DNA of 64,000 bases from an uncultured Clostridia bacterium (GCA_944350275.1 CALVOK010000016.1:10894-74893); one strand, 5' to 3'. Shown: positions 1 to 8,830, counted from the first letter of the stretch. The notes: generated from the letters alone by a model not told the origin. Translations and numbers: made by a program.

Positions 1-1382
1 GAATTGAAATACGCGATTTAAACAAGAAGTTTAAAGATTACGACGGCAAAGAAGTTACCGTTTGCGGATGGGCGAGAACAGTTAGAGACAGTAAACAAAT
101 TGCCTTTATTGAACTCAACGACGGTGGATTTAAAAGCGTACAAATTGTCGTTGAAAAAAATAAAATTACAAACTATGATGAAATAGTTAAGCAAAATGTT
201 GGTGCTTCTTTTATGATAAAAGGTGTAGTAATTGTAACACCAAACGCAAAACAGCCGTTTGAAATAAATGCAAACAAGGTTGATATTCTAGGAGAGAGCG
301 ACACAGATTATCCACTTCAAAAGAAACATCACACAATTGAGTTTTTGCGAACAATCCCAACAATTCGACCTCGTGGCAATCTTTTTAATGCAGTTTTTAG
401 AATAAGGTCTGTTGCATCCTTCGCTATACACAAATATTTTCACGAAAGAAATTTTGTATATCTACACACACCTATTATAACAAGCAGTGACTGTGAAGGC
501 GCTGGCGAAATGTTCCAAGTAACCACTCTCCCTCTTGATAATGTGCCAATAGTAGAAGGTCATGTGGACTATAGCAAAGACTTCTTTGGCAAAAAAGTTT
601 CCTTAACAGTTTCAGGGCAACTTCACGAAGAAGTAGTGACTCATGCATTTGGAAAAACTTATACCTTTGGTCCAACATTTAGAGCAGAAAATTCAAACAC
701 TTCTCGTCATGCCGCAGAATTTTGGATGATGGAACCTGAAATGTGTTTCTGTGACCTTGATGAACTTATGGACTGCGAAGAAGAAATGATAAAATATGTT
801 ATTAAATATGTCCAAAATGAATGTAAAGACGAACTAGAATTCTTAAACAAGTTTGTTGACAACACCCTACTTGAAAGACTGCAAAATATTGTTGATAACG
901 AATTTGTAAGACTTGATTATACAGATGCAATTAAAATTCTCGAAAAGGTAAAAGACAGATTTGTCTATCCTGTAAAGTGGGGAGTAGACTTGCAGTCCGA
1001 ACATGAGCGCTATCTAACAGAAGAAGTTTACAAGAAACCTGTATTCTTAAAAAATTATCCAAAAGATATAAAAGCATTTTATATGCGACTTAATGATGAC
1101 GGAAAAACTGTTGCGGCAGTTGATATGCTTGTACCAGGTGTTGGCGAACTTTGTGGAGGAAGTCAAAGAGAAGAGCGACTTGACAATCTGCTTGCACGAA
1201 TCAAAGAACTTGGGCTCAAAGAGTCAGACTATACATGGTATATAGATAGCCGTAGATATGGAACAAATATCCATTCAGGTTATGGACTAGGTTTTGAACG
1301 ACTTGTAATGTATCTTACAGGAATCTCTAATATCCGTGATGTTGAACTCTTCCCTCGAACTGTTGGCTCAATTCAAGGCTAA
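1..1382 (+). CDS. asnS: asparagine--tRNA ligase (5' end cut by window edge)
   Basis: ORF 213..1382 stays open in the same frame back to nt 3. The upstream translation [42 protein letters not shown] looks like the class IIb N-terminal OB domain. The core carries class II motifs ([36 protein letters not shown]). Confidence 0.9.
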   Translation, partial: IEIRDLNKKFKDYDGKEVTVCGWARTVRDSKQIAFIELNDGGFKSVQIVVEKNKITNYDEIVKQNVGASFMIKGVVIVTPNAKQPFEINANKVDILGESDTDYPLQKKHHTIEFLRTIPTIRPRGNLFNAVFRIRSVASFAIHKYFHERNFVYLHTPIITSSDCEGAGEMFQVTTLPLDNVPIVEGHVDYSKDFFGKKVSLTVSGQLHEEVVTHAFGKTYTFGPTFRAENSNTSRHAAEFWMMEPEMCFCDLDELMDCEEEMIKYVIKYVQNECKDELEFLNKFVDNTLLERLQNIVDNEFVRLDYTDAIKILEKVKDRFVYPVKWGVDLQSEHERYLTEEVYKKPVFLKNYPKDIKAFYMRLNDDGKTVAAVDMLVPGVGELCGGSQREERLDNLLARIKELGLKESDYTWYIDSRRYGTNIHSGYGLGFERLVMYLTGISNIRDVELFPRTVGSIQG

Positions 1383-1430
1383 AAACAATGCTACAAGACT
1401 CGCTCTATAAATGTTAACAATCAAACATAT

Positions 1431-1460
1431 AAAACCTCAGAATATTTCTGAGGTTTTTAT
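1431..1460 (+). terminator. rho-independent terminator after asnS
   Basis: AAACCTCAGA (1431-1440) pairs with TCTGAGGTTT (1446-1455) around a 5-nt loop, followed by a T-run. Confidence 0.7.
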
Positions 1461-1529
1461 TATAAAGTTTATCTTATAACTATTTTTTATTCGTTTTTTA
1501 ACTTGTTCATATAAAGACGGTTTATAAAT

Positions 1530-1700
1530 CTATCTCGTTCGAAGTGATACACTAAAGCGGAACTGCCGAAAGGTAAACGGTCTTTCGGCGGTGGAGCGAG
1601 ATAGATCATCCGCTTTTAAAGAGAGCGGTATATAAAATATGTTTTTAAATACACCACATCGGACAACCGTCGAACATTTGGTTCGAGAGCGGAGATTATA
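1530..1700. other. structured intergenic element of unknown class (possible small RNA, strand unresolved)
   Basis: Nested and competing inverted repeats are present. CTATCTCG 1530-1537 pairs with CGAGATAG 1597-1604 and encloses GCCGAAAG 1565-1572 / CTTTCGGC 1582-1589. AAAGCGGA 1554-1561 can pair with TCCGCTTT 1609-1616, which alternatively pairs with AGAGCGG 1622-1628. TCGAAC 1670-1675 pairs with GTTCGA 1681-1686. I could not match any known RNA family by eye. Confidence 0.25.
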
Positions 1701-1721
1701 AATTAAATAGTACAAATCTTT

Positions 1722-2807
1722 TTATGCATTTTGCAATCTTTCAGCCCTATCCTTTATTGCGAGAGCCTCAATAAATTGGTCAATATCACCATTAAGCACG
1801 CCTTCTAGATTATATGAGGTTAGATTTACTCTATGGTCAGTCACTCTACCCTGAGGATAATTATATGTTCTTACTCTTTCAGAGCGGTCGCCTGTACCGA
1901 CTTGACTTCGTCTTTCTTTTTTAAGTTCTTCCTCTTGTTGCCCTTTGTATAAATCATATAGTTTTGAACGAAGTATGCTCATAGCACGTTCTTTATTTTT
2001 TATTTGAGATCTCTCGTCTTGACAGGCTACAACTAACCCTGTAGGAATATGTGTTATTCGTATTGCTGATTCTGTCTTGTTTACGTGTTGTCCGCCTGCC
2101 CCACTAGAACGGTAGGTGTCAATTTTTAAATCTTTTTCGTCAATGTCAAATTCCACATCTTCCACCTCTGGCAATACCGCCACCGTTGAAGTTGAGGTAT
2201 GTATTCTACCCTGGCTCTCTGTTTCAGGCACTCTTTGAACTCTATGTACTCCACTCTCATATTTCAAATGACTATATGCACCCTTCCCTTTGACCATAAA
2301 GGTAATTTCTTTTATTCCGCCAAGTTCAGTCTCATTTAAATTCATGACTTCTACTTTCCAATGTTTTTTATCTGCATACATACTGTACATTCTGTAAAGA
2401 ACACTGCAAAAAAGTGCAGACTCCTCTCCACCTGCAGCCTGTCTGATTTCAATAATGGCATTATTGTCGTCGTTTTCATCCTTAGGCAAAAGAAGTATTT
2501 TTATCTCCTCTACCAACTTTTCAATCTCACCTTTAAGCCTCTCAATCTCATCAAAGAACATATCTTTTAATTCATGGTCGGTCTCACTTTCATATTGTTT
2601 TTGACAATCCAAGAGTTCGTCATAAAGATTTTGTAATTTATCATGAGAAAATGCAATATCTTCAATTGCCGAACGTTCTTTTACTAGTTTTTTCCATTGC
2701 CTATTGTCTGCAATAATCTCAGGATCGACAACTAATTTATTTAACTCTTCATATCTATTTTTAGTTTTTAACGTCTTTTGTAAAATTTCATTTGCTTGTT
2801 CTTCCAT
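1722..2807 (-). CDS. prfA: peptide chain release factor 1
   Basis: GGQ motif (SGAGGQHVNKTESAIRITH) and RF1-type PxT tripeptide (RVPETESQGR). The ORF-track start is TTG at 2813. ATG at 2807 is preferred because GAAAGGA lies 6 nt upstream. Confidence 0.93.
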   Translation of the reverse strand: MEEQANEILQKTLKTKNRYEELNKLVVDPEIIADNRQWKKLVKERSAIEDIAFSHDKLQNLYDELLDCQKQYESETDHELKDMFFDEIERLKGEIEKLVEEIKILLLPKDENDDNNAIIEIRQAAGGEESALFCSVLYRMYSMYADKKHWKVEVMNLNETELGGIKEITFMVKGKGAYSHLKYESGVHRVQRVPETESQGRIHTSTSTVAVLPEVEDVEFDIDEKDLKIDTYRSSGAGGQHVNKTESAIRITHIPTGLVVACQDERSQIKNKERAMSILRSKLYDLYKGQQEEELKKERRSQVGTGDRSERVRTYNYPQGRVTDHRVNLTSYNLEGVLNGDIDQFIEALAIKDRAERLQNA

Positions 2808-4479
2808 ATACAATCCTTTCTATTTTATTATAATCTTTTACAATACTAATCTCGTCAAAGTTCTCCTCTTGCATAAGTTCCTTTACTTTTTCCGCCTGTC
2901 CTTGTCCCACTTCAAAGAAAAGCCAACCTTTTCTGGAAAGGTGTTTCGTTGCCTCTTTTATTATATTTCTATAAAAGTCAAGTCCATCTTGTCCGCCGTC
3001 GAGGGCAATGCGAGGGTCAAACTTTTTAACTTCGACATCAAGTTTTTCTATGTCGCCACTTTTTATATATGGCGGGTTGGATATGATTATATCATATTTT
3101 TTATTTTTTTTCAACCCTTTGAAAAGGTCTGAAAGCACAAATTCTATTTTTACACCATTTTTTTGTGCATTAGATTGTGCAACTGTGAGCGCTCCTTTCG
3201 ACACATCAACAGCAGTCACTTTGCAAGGATAATACTTTGCCACTGCAATGGCAATTGCCCCACTACCTGTGCACATATCAAGTACATTCATAAGTTCATA
3301 CTCTCGTATTTTCTTTAAAGCCTCATCAACAAGAATCTCTGTTTCCATTCGAGGTGACAACACCTTTTTGTTTACATCAAGCCTAATTCCATAAAACTCT
3401 ACAAACCCGAAAATATTAGACAATGGTTCACCTTTTGCACGTTTTTCAACCGCTCTCATAATATCTCTATACTCTTTTTGACTGACCGAGCGAACGAGTT
3501 TAGTCTCCGCCCTATTTTTATTCAAAATTGTGGCAACTATCCACTCAACATCGCTCTGTTCAAATCTTTCACTGCTTTTCAGTTTAGTCTGCATTTCAGC
3601 ATAAAGCGTGGATATTGCTATCCGAGATTTATCAGTCTTTTCAAATTCATTAAAACTGCTTAGTTCTATCTTTGCACCCATTAGTACCTCTTCATGTGTA
3701 GTATTTGGTTTCCCACATACCAAAAAATTCGTAACCAGTGCCACATCCTTAAGCCACAATAGTTTAGATGTGGTAACAAATCTTAAAACTTCATAAGACA
3801 AACTTATACTTATTAGTAGGATTGATAAATTAATAAAAAAGTTTGCTATAAAATTTATATTAACCGCTATTAATGATACCATAAATATTGAAAATAATGA
3901 AACAATTATAATAAAATTCAAAAAATTTAATGGATATGTCCTGCTTCTTATTGTATCCATTTTCCCACTCATAAGTTGATTACCTGCACCATTAAAGCAA
4001 TAGAGTCCACTCATAAATGGACAAAATCTAAGGATTATTAGCACAACATAAAAGATAAGAATCCTAAATAATGCAATCATAAAACTATGAAAGTAATAAC
4101 TCGTCTCATAAAAAAGTCTATTAAAAATAAACGAAGGCAAAATTCCAAACAACAAAAATCCCAAAAGAAATTCAACTAAAAAACACGCAATTAACATAAT
4201 ATAGTCAGATAAAAAGACTAACTTATCTGCGTTTTTCGCTGATTTATTTCTATCTTCTTTATCTTCAAGTTGTAAAATAAAGCATCTAAAGTAAAGATAA
4301 AATCCATAAAATAAATATAAAAAACCTCTTAAAAAGGGTTTGTCAAATATTGCTTTATTTTCCTTTACTTTTTCTCCATACACACGTTTTTCACCATTCT
4401 CGTCAATAGTGCTAACACAAAGCCTCCCCTTCTCGTACAAACCAACACCATTGCTTAAGGGCAACACTAATTTTTCCAT
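2788..4479 (-). CDS. prmC: fusion protein: N-terminal polytopic membrane DUF1385-like domain plus C-terminal release-factor glutamine N5-methyltransferase PrmC/HemK
   Basis: Single 563-aa ORF. The C-terminal ~290 aa carry the SAM-binding motif LDMCTGSGAIAIA and the NPPY catalytic motif (IIISNPPYI). The N-terminal ~270 aa have PFLRG followed by several hydrophobic helices, as in DUF1385/YqhQ proteins that usually sit as a separate gene upstream of prmC-prfA in Clostridia. The 3' end overlaps prfA. Confidence 0.8.
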   Translation of the reverse strand: MEKLVLPLSNGVGLYEKGRLCVSTIDENGEKRVYGEKVKENKAIFDKPFLRGFLYLFYGFYLYFRCFILQLEDKEDRNKSAKNADKLVFLSDYIMLIACFLVEFLLGFLLFGILPSFIFNRLFYETSYYFHSFMIALFRILIFYVVLIILRFCPFMSGLYCFNGAGNQLMSGKMDTIRSRTYPLNFLNFIIIVSLFSIFMVSLIAVNINFIANFFINLSILLISISLSYEVLRFVTTSKLLWLKDVALVTNFLVCGKPNTTHEEVLMGAKIELSSFNEFEKTDKSRIAISTLYAEMQTKLKSSERFEQSDVEWIVATILNKNRAETKLVRSVSQKEYRDIMRAVEKRAKGEPLSNIFGFVEFYGIRLDVNKKVLSPRMETEILVDEALKKIREYELMNVLDMCTGSGAIAIAVAKYYPCKVTAVDVSKGALTVAQSNAQKNGVKIEFVLSDLFKGLKKNKKYDIIISNPPYIKSGDIEKLDVEVKKFDPRIALDGGQDGLDFYRNIIKEATKHLSRKGWLFFEVGQGQAEKVKELMQEENFDEISIVKDYNKIERIVYGRTSK

Positions 4480-4609
4480 AAAATTATTATTGCCATGAAA
4501 TATAATTTTATTTATAAAAATTAAATAAAAATATTTAAAAAATATTAATTATAGAAAATATTAAAAAATTACTATTTATAAAAAATATTTTAAAAAATAA
4601 TAAAACCGC

Positions 4610-4638
4610 TTGACAATTCTTATTTTTTGATAAATAAT
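4610..4638 (+). promoter_or_regulatory. sigma-A-like promoter placed for a leaderless transcript
   Basis: TTGACA (4610-4615), 17-nt spacer, AATAAT (4633-4638), then exactly 6 nt before ATG 4645. No Shine-Dalgarno in between. Confidence 0.45.
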
Positions 4639-4644
4639 TTATTT

Positions 4645-5244
4645 ATGAAAATATTTTTACCTGTTCTTGCAGTATTTTTTTCTTTTTCTGGATTGTCTAT
4701 TAATGATGTCGGTTATATAATTTCTTCAATTGCTTACATCTATAGTCAGCCATCTTTTTCCTCAGAGAAAATAAATGTAGATGGTCAACCTGTTACACTT
4801 TCGCACGGACAAGAAGTTTCAATAGGCGAGAAAACTGGTGATTTCGTCTACGTTACTGTTACCTACGAGCAAAACGAGATAAATGGTTACGTTTACAAAT
4901 ATTATCTAACAACATCATCTCCTCAAACAGTTTACCCGGTGTTTAATGGTTCCATCCGACGTGACACAAATATTTACGACTTAAACTATCAACCCGCCTA
5001 CGAGTTAAAAAATGGGAAGGAGGTGTATATCTATAGCGGTTATGAAAGTGATGAAGGCTTCACAGCCGTACAAGTTGTACTCGATGATGGTTCACTATAT
5101 AGTGGTTTTGTAAAAACTGAGGATTTGGAGCCTTACGGAATAAGTCCTCTTCTTATAGTAGGAATTTCAATTATTTCTGCTTGCGTAACAGTTATATTGT
5201 CGCTTGTTTTTATAAAAAAATCTAAAAAATCGAAAAATAAGTGA
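4645..5244 (+). CDS. membrane-anchored protein with two SH3b-like domains
   Basis: N-terminal hydrophobic signal/anchor (KIFLPVLAVFFSF) and C-terminal TM plus basic tail (ISIISACVTVILSLVFIKKSKKSKNK). Two SH3_3-like segments (…GDFVYVTV…INGYVYKYYL and …GFTAVQVVLDDGSLYSGFVKTEDL). The ORF-track TTG 4627 lies inside the promoter, so ATG 4645 is preferred. Confidence 0.6.
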   Translation: MKIFLPVLAVFFSFSGLSINDVGYIISSIAYIYSQPSFSSEKINVDGQPVTLSHGQEVSIGEKTGDFVYVTVTYEQNEINGYVYKYYLTTSSPQTVYPVFNGSIRRDTNIYDLNYQPAYELKNGKEVYIYSGYESDEGFTAVQVVLDDGSLYSGFVKTEDLEPYGISPLLIVGISIISACVTVILSLVFIKKSKKSKNK

Positions 5245-5302
5245 CATATACTATTGATTTTCACTATATCTCCGTGCTAAATTTAGCAAAAGGAGATTTT
5301 TT

Positions 5303-6217
5303 ATGAATAATATTAACGATTTTGAAAAATTAAAAAAAGAAATTTGGTATTTAAATAAGGTAAGAATACCCAGTCTTGAGCAGATGATTGAGGAGGGCTC
5401 TTCAGGAGACTTATCCTCTCTTGCAAATGAGTTAACCGAGTGCAAAAATGATATAGCCACCATTGAAAACAATATTTCCTCATTAAGTACAAGTATAACT
5501 CAAATAAATCAAAACTTAACCAGCATTTATTCCTCTATAAATTCCATAAACCAAGAAGTTGATGGACACGCAAGTGACATAACTAGCCTACAAAACATCT
5601 CGAGTTCCTTGAGTTCTTCTTTTAGTTCTTTGATGAATAATATATCCTCTTTGGAAAGTGATATATCAAATATTGAATCACAATACAACACACACGACAA
5701 TCTTTTGGCAAGTCACTCACTTAGCATTAGCAATATCAACAATCAACTTCAAAGTATTTCTGACTCAATATCCTCTCTTTCAAGTCAATTATCTTCACTT
5801 GAGACCACGGTAGATTCTATGGTTTCTGGCTCTGGCGCTCCTGTTATTGTCTATGATAAAGATAGCACTGATGCTTCAATAAATCTTGGTTACACTAACG
5901 GAATTGTTGTCGGAAGAACAATCAAAGTAGACCTCTCCCCTTATTCCTCAGCACGTATATTTGCTAACTTTAACAACTGCGACTTGCAGACAGAAATTAG
6001 ACTTAACAATAGAGAGGCAACAGATTTTTGTGCCTTTACTTACACATCTTTGTTTACAAATTATTATTTTACTAAGTTCTTTATAACCAATGCAAAAGAT
6101 AAATTCACAGCGAATTTCTTTGCTGAAGTGGTAATAAATAGTGATGGTACCGTTTCGCAAACAATAAAGTATAATGATGCTGATTTCTACATTTATAGAA
6201 TTGAGGGTATATATTAA
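5303..6217 (+). CDS. hypothetical protein: Ser/Asn/Ile-rich coiled-coil stalk plus C-terminal beta-rich knob (fibre-like)
   Basis: SD AAAGGAG lies upstream. Residues ~45-185 are heptad-like low complexity (SSLSTSITQINQNLTSIYSSINSINQEV, ISSLESDISNIESQ, ISSLSSQLSSLETTVDS). The last ~115 aa are aromatic and beta-rich and end in YIYRIEGIY. There is no signal peptide. Confidence 0.6.
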   Translation: MNNINDFEKLKKEIWYLNKVRIPSLEQMIEEGSSGDLSSLANELTECKNDIATIENNISSLSTSITQINQNLTSIYSSINSINQEVDGHASDITSLQNISSSLSSSFSSLMNNISSLESDISNIESQYNTHDNLLASHSLSISNINNQLQSISDSISSLSSQLSSLETTVDSMVSGSGAPVIVYDKDSTDASINLGYTNGIVVGRTIKVDLSPYSSARIFANFNNCDLQTEIRLNNREATDFCAFTYTSLFTNYYFTKFFITNAKDKFTANFFAEVVINSDGTVSQTIKYNDADFYIYRIEGIY

Positions 6218-6220
6218 AAA

Positions 6221-6245
6221 AAGTAAAAAGAAATTCTTTTTACTT
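6221..6245. terminator. bidirectional hairpin between convergent genes
   Basis: AAGTAAAAAG (6221-6230) pairs with CTTTTTACTT (6236-6245), flanked by an A-run and a T-rich sequence. Confidence 0.55.
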
Positions 6246-6249
6246 ATAA

Positions 6250-6561
6250 TTAAAAGTTTGTTTGCAGTTGACCTGAAATAAAACCATACACAATTAAAAA
6301 TATTACAAATGCGTACAAGAGAAGTGAACATACAGCATTTATTCTCTGCCAAGGATTACCTATTCTGATATCTTGAAGAGAACTGTTAAACGTGAAAATT
6401 GTTGCCATTGCATAGGCTATTGATATTATACAAAACCAATCAGATAAAATCCCAAAATACTTTAGAACTATACCCGCTATTGCAATAAGACAGGCAAATA
6501 TACCAAGAATTCTTGCCATCATCATTTTATGTTTTAAATGCTTTGAATAGTCGTTCATCAC
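6250..6561 (-). CDS. small integral membrane protein (3 predicted TM helices), function unknown
   Basis: 103-aa ORF with SD GAGGGAG upstream and three hydrophobic stretches (ILGIFACLIAIAGIVL, FCIISIAYAMATIF, VCSLLLYAFVIFLIVYGFI). Confidence 0.6.
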   Translation of the reverse strand: MMNDYSKHLKHKMMMARILGIFACLIAIAGIVLKYFGILSDWFCIISIAYAMATIFTFNSSLQDIRIGNPWQRINAVCSLLLYAFVIFLIVYGFISGQLQTNF

Positions 6562-6632
6562 TCCCTCACTTTTGCTAGTTAGTTATAGTTTATATCAAAA
6601 GCAAAAATAAGTCAAACAATTAGTAAAATTAA

Positions 6633-7475
6633 TTAAAAATTAGGTACAAATTCCTCTGTTGAAGAAGAGAAGTCTTGAAAATATCCTTTGTTTAATTTTA
6701 ATTTCTCTGCGTGATTTAAAACCAATTTATACTCTAAAGGCAATATCTTCCTTGATTTACTTTCGCCAACTGGTGTAAATTGACTCATAAGACTTATGTA
6801 GGTGTTTGGAAGTTTATTGCTAATAAAATCTAAAATTTTTAAACTATCTCTGTATTGATTCGGCAAAACGAGATGTCTTACAAGTAACCCTTGAGTCATG
6901 ATTCCATTTTTAAATTTATCTTTTTTAAGTTCTCTCATTTTGATTAAACTTTGACTCGCCCATGTAAAATAATCACTACAGCAAGTATACTTTTTTGAAA
7001 CATCACTTGAAAAGAATTTAAGATCAGGAAGGAAAACATCCACAACAACTGAAAGTTTTTCAATGGTCTCTGGTTTTTCATATCCCCCACTATTCCAAAC
7101 AATCGGAATTGGAAATTTATAATTAGATAGTGCTTCAATCAGCAAAGAAGAAAAATGAGTAGGAGTTATCAAGTCAATGCATGAAAATTTCTCTAGATCA
7201 TAACTTTTTAGCAAACCTAAAAATTCCTGTGGTGTATATTGTTGACCAACTATATTTTTTGATATTTTATAGTTTTGACAGAAGTTGCAATGCAAATTAC
7301 ACCCAGAAAAAAATATTGCAAGAGCCCCTTTCTTTCCGCTGATACAGGGCTCTTCCCACATAAAGTTTTCAATTATCTTTGCCACTACAATTTTATTAGG
7401 TGCCCTGCAAACTCCAAAACTTTGTATTCTGTCAACACCACAATTATGCGGACAATCAAAACAATAACTTTTCAT
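6633..7475 (-). CDS. radical SAM enzyme (PflX/COG1313-like activase family)
   Basis: CxxxCxxC cluster motif CNLHCNFCQN, plus an N-terminal extra Cys cluster (CFDCPHNCGVDR). Confidence 0.8.
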   Translation of the reverse strand: MKSYCFDCPHNCGVDRIQSFGVCRAPNKIVVAKIIENFMWEEPCISGKKGALAIFFSGCNLHCNFCQNYKISKNIVGQQYTPQEFLGLLKSYDLEKFSCIDLITPTHFSSLLIEALSNYKFPIPIVWNSGGYEKPETIEKLSVVVDVFLPDLKFFSSDVSKKYTCCSDYFTWASQSLIKMRELKKDKFKNGIMTQGLLVRHLVLPNQYRDSLKILDFISNKLPNTYISLMSQFTPVGESKSRKILPLEYKLVLNHAEKLKLNKGYFQDFSSSTEEFVPNF

Positions 7476-7481
7476 ACAATT

Positions 7482-7510
7482 ATTATAGAACTTTTAAACT
7501 TAAAAAACAA
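7482..7510 (-). promoter_or_regulatory. sigma-A-like promoter placed for a leaderless transcript of the radical SAM gene
   Basis: On the minus strand: TTGTTT (7505-7510), 17 nt, TATAAT (7482-7487), 6 nt (AATTGT), then ATG at 7475. No SD. Confidence 0.5.
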
Positions 7511-7521
7511 TATTTTAGCAC

Positions 7522-7860
7522 CTATTGAATATAAATAATTGTTATACCAGGGTTCGCTTTATTTAAGTCATCGTCTCCATATATTGATTTATCTTTTAGT
7601 AATATCTCCATACTCACCTTATCAAACATATTCCATCTGTCACCACCAAAGAAATCTTTGATAAAACCATTTTTCTTCCACTGATTTAAAAGATGTCTTA
7701 AACTCAAAAGTATTGCACCGCCTTTCCCATGTGAACCATAACCATGTAATATCTTAATTGCAGTTAATCCCTCACGTTTAGCACTTTCCACTTCAATTTC
7801 TACAATTGCGAGGGCATAGTCCACTGTGCAATTTTCTTTTTTTAGGTCTATAAGTCTCAA
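7522..7860 (-). CDS. Smr domain protein
   Basis: Smr-type motif AIKILHGYGSHGKGGAIL. SD TAAGGAG upstream. Confidence 0.7.
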   Translation of the reverse strand: MRLIDLKKENCTVDYALAIVEIEVESAKREGLTAIKILHGYGSHGKGGAILLSLRHLLNQWKKNGFIKDFFGGDRWNMFDKVSMEILLKDKSIYGDDDLNKANPGITIIYIQ

Positions 7861-7918
7861 AGTTTACTCCTTATAGACCATATTATATCACAAAATCCAC
7901 TCTTATCAAACTTTTTCC

Positions 7919-8665
7919 CTAGCCCTCCATAATCATTTTATCAGCAATCAATGCAATAAGTTCGCTGTTTGTTGGTTTTTCATTGCTTCCATATACTTTA
8001 AATCCAAATATGTTGTTTATGTTTTCAATTTTGCCTCTATTCCAAGCAACCTCAATTGCGTGACGCATACCTCTCTCAACCTTTGACGAACTAGTCTCAA
8101 ATTTTTCGGCAATGGTAGGATATAATCTCTTAGTAATTTGGCTTATAATCTCTGGCTCTTCTACTGCAAGTTTTACAGCCTCCCTTAAGAATTGGTAACC
8201 CTTTATATGTGCAGGAATTCCTATACTAATAAATATACTTGCTATTTTTTCATCAAGTGCCTTATTGTTATCCTCATGCAAACCCAAATTCATCAAGTCT
8301 TGAATTCTCTCTTCTAGATTTTCAGGCATAACTGGTTTAACCATAAAATAACTCGCCCCTTCCTTTAGTGCTTTTGATACAAATCCCGAATGAGATAGAT
8401 TTGAAATGAATATAACTTTTGGACAGTCTTTGCCCATTTCATTTTTAAGTGTCTCAAAGACCTTAAAACCATCCATACCTGAAAGCACGACCTCGCTTAT
8501 TAAAAAATTAGGTTTTAGTTCATGTACATCTTCTATGACCTGTATGCCATCCGCACTCTCTCCGACTACTTCATACTCTGGCTTGTTTTTAAAATAGTCA
8601 TATAATTGATTATCTTCTGTATTATCGGCAAAATAAAGCCTGATTGTTTCTTTTTGTTCTTCCAT
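7919..8665 (-). CDS. spo0A: sporulation master regulator Spo0A homologue with atypical receiver domain
   Basis: The C-terminal effector domain matches the Spo0A signature (IGIPAHIKGYQFLREAV, SSSKVERGMRHAIEVAWNRG, KPTNSELIALIADK). The N-terminal CheY-like receiver has E58 where the phospho-acceptor Asp is expected, and DN instead of the DD acidic pair. Confidence 0.9.
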   Translation of the reverse strand: MEEQKETIRLYFADNTEDNQLYDYFKNKPEYEVVGESADGIQVIEDVHELKPNFLISEVVLSGMDGFKVFETLKNEMGKDCPKVIFISNLSHSGFVSKALKEGASYFMVKPVMPENLEERIQDLMNLGLHEDNNKALDEKIASIFISIGIPAHIKGYQFLREAVKLAVEEPEIISQITKRLYPTIAEKFETSSSKVERGMRHAIEVAWNRGKIENINNIFGFKVYGSNEKPTNSELIALIADKMIMEG

Positions 8666-8760
8666 AATTTTACTCCTTTTTTTGATAATGATAAGATACC
8701 ACTTTTTTACAAAATATTAAAATAAAAAACTGTATTAAAATGACGATAATTTTGTAATTT

Positions 8761-8767
8761 TGTCGAA
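8761..8767 (+). promoter_or_regulatory. candidate Spo0A box (TGTCGAA) upstream of spo0A
   Basis: Exact 7-mer 0A-box consensus, ~100 nt upstream of the spo0A start in its promoter region. Confidence 0.3.
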
Positions 8768-8830
8768 ATATGTTATTTTTAAAATTTGATATCATTTTTT
8801 TGTAAAAATAATTTTATTTTTTATTTTTAT

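Noticed and set aside
1530-1715. 61-aa minus-strand ORF in the asnS-prfA intergenic region
   Set aside because: It has no SD and its sequence is Arg/Ser/Phe-rich and implausible. It coincides exactly with stacked inverted repeats, so I treat the region as a structured nucleic-acid element rather than a CDS.
2361-3796. + strand ORFs antisense to prfA and prmC (2361..2570, 2704..3132, 3008..3232, 3478..3663, 3608..3796)
   Set aside because: These are shadow ORFs opposite well-supported genes, with Phe/Ile/Leu-rich nonsense composition.
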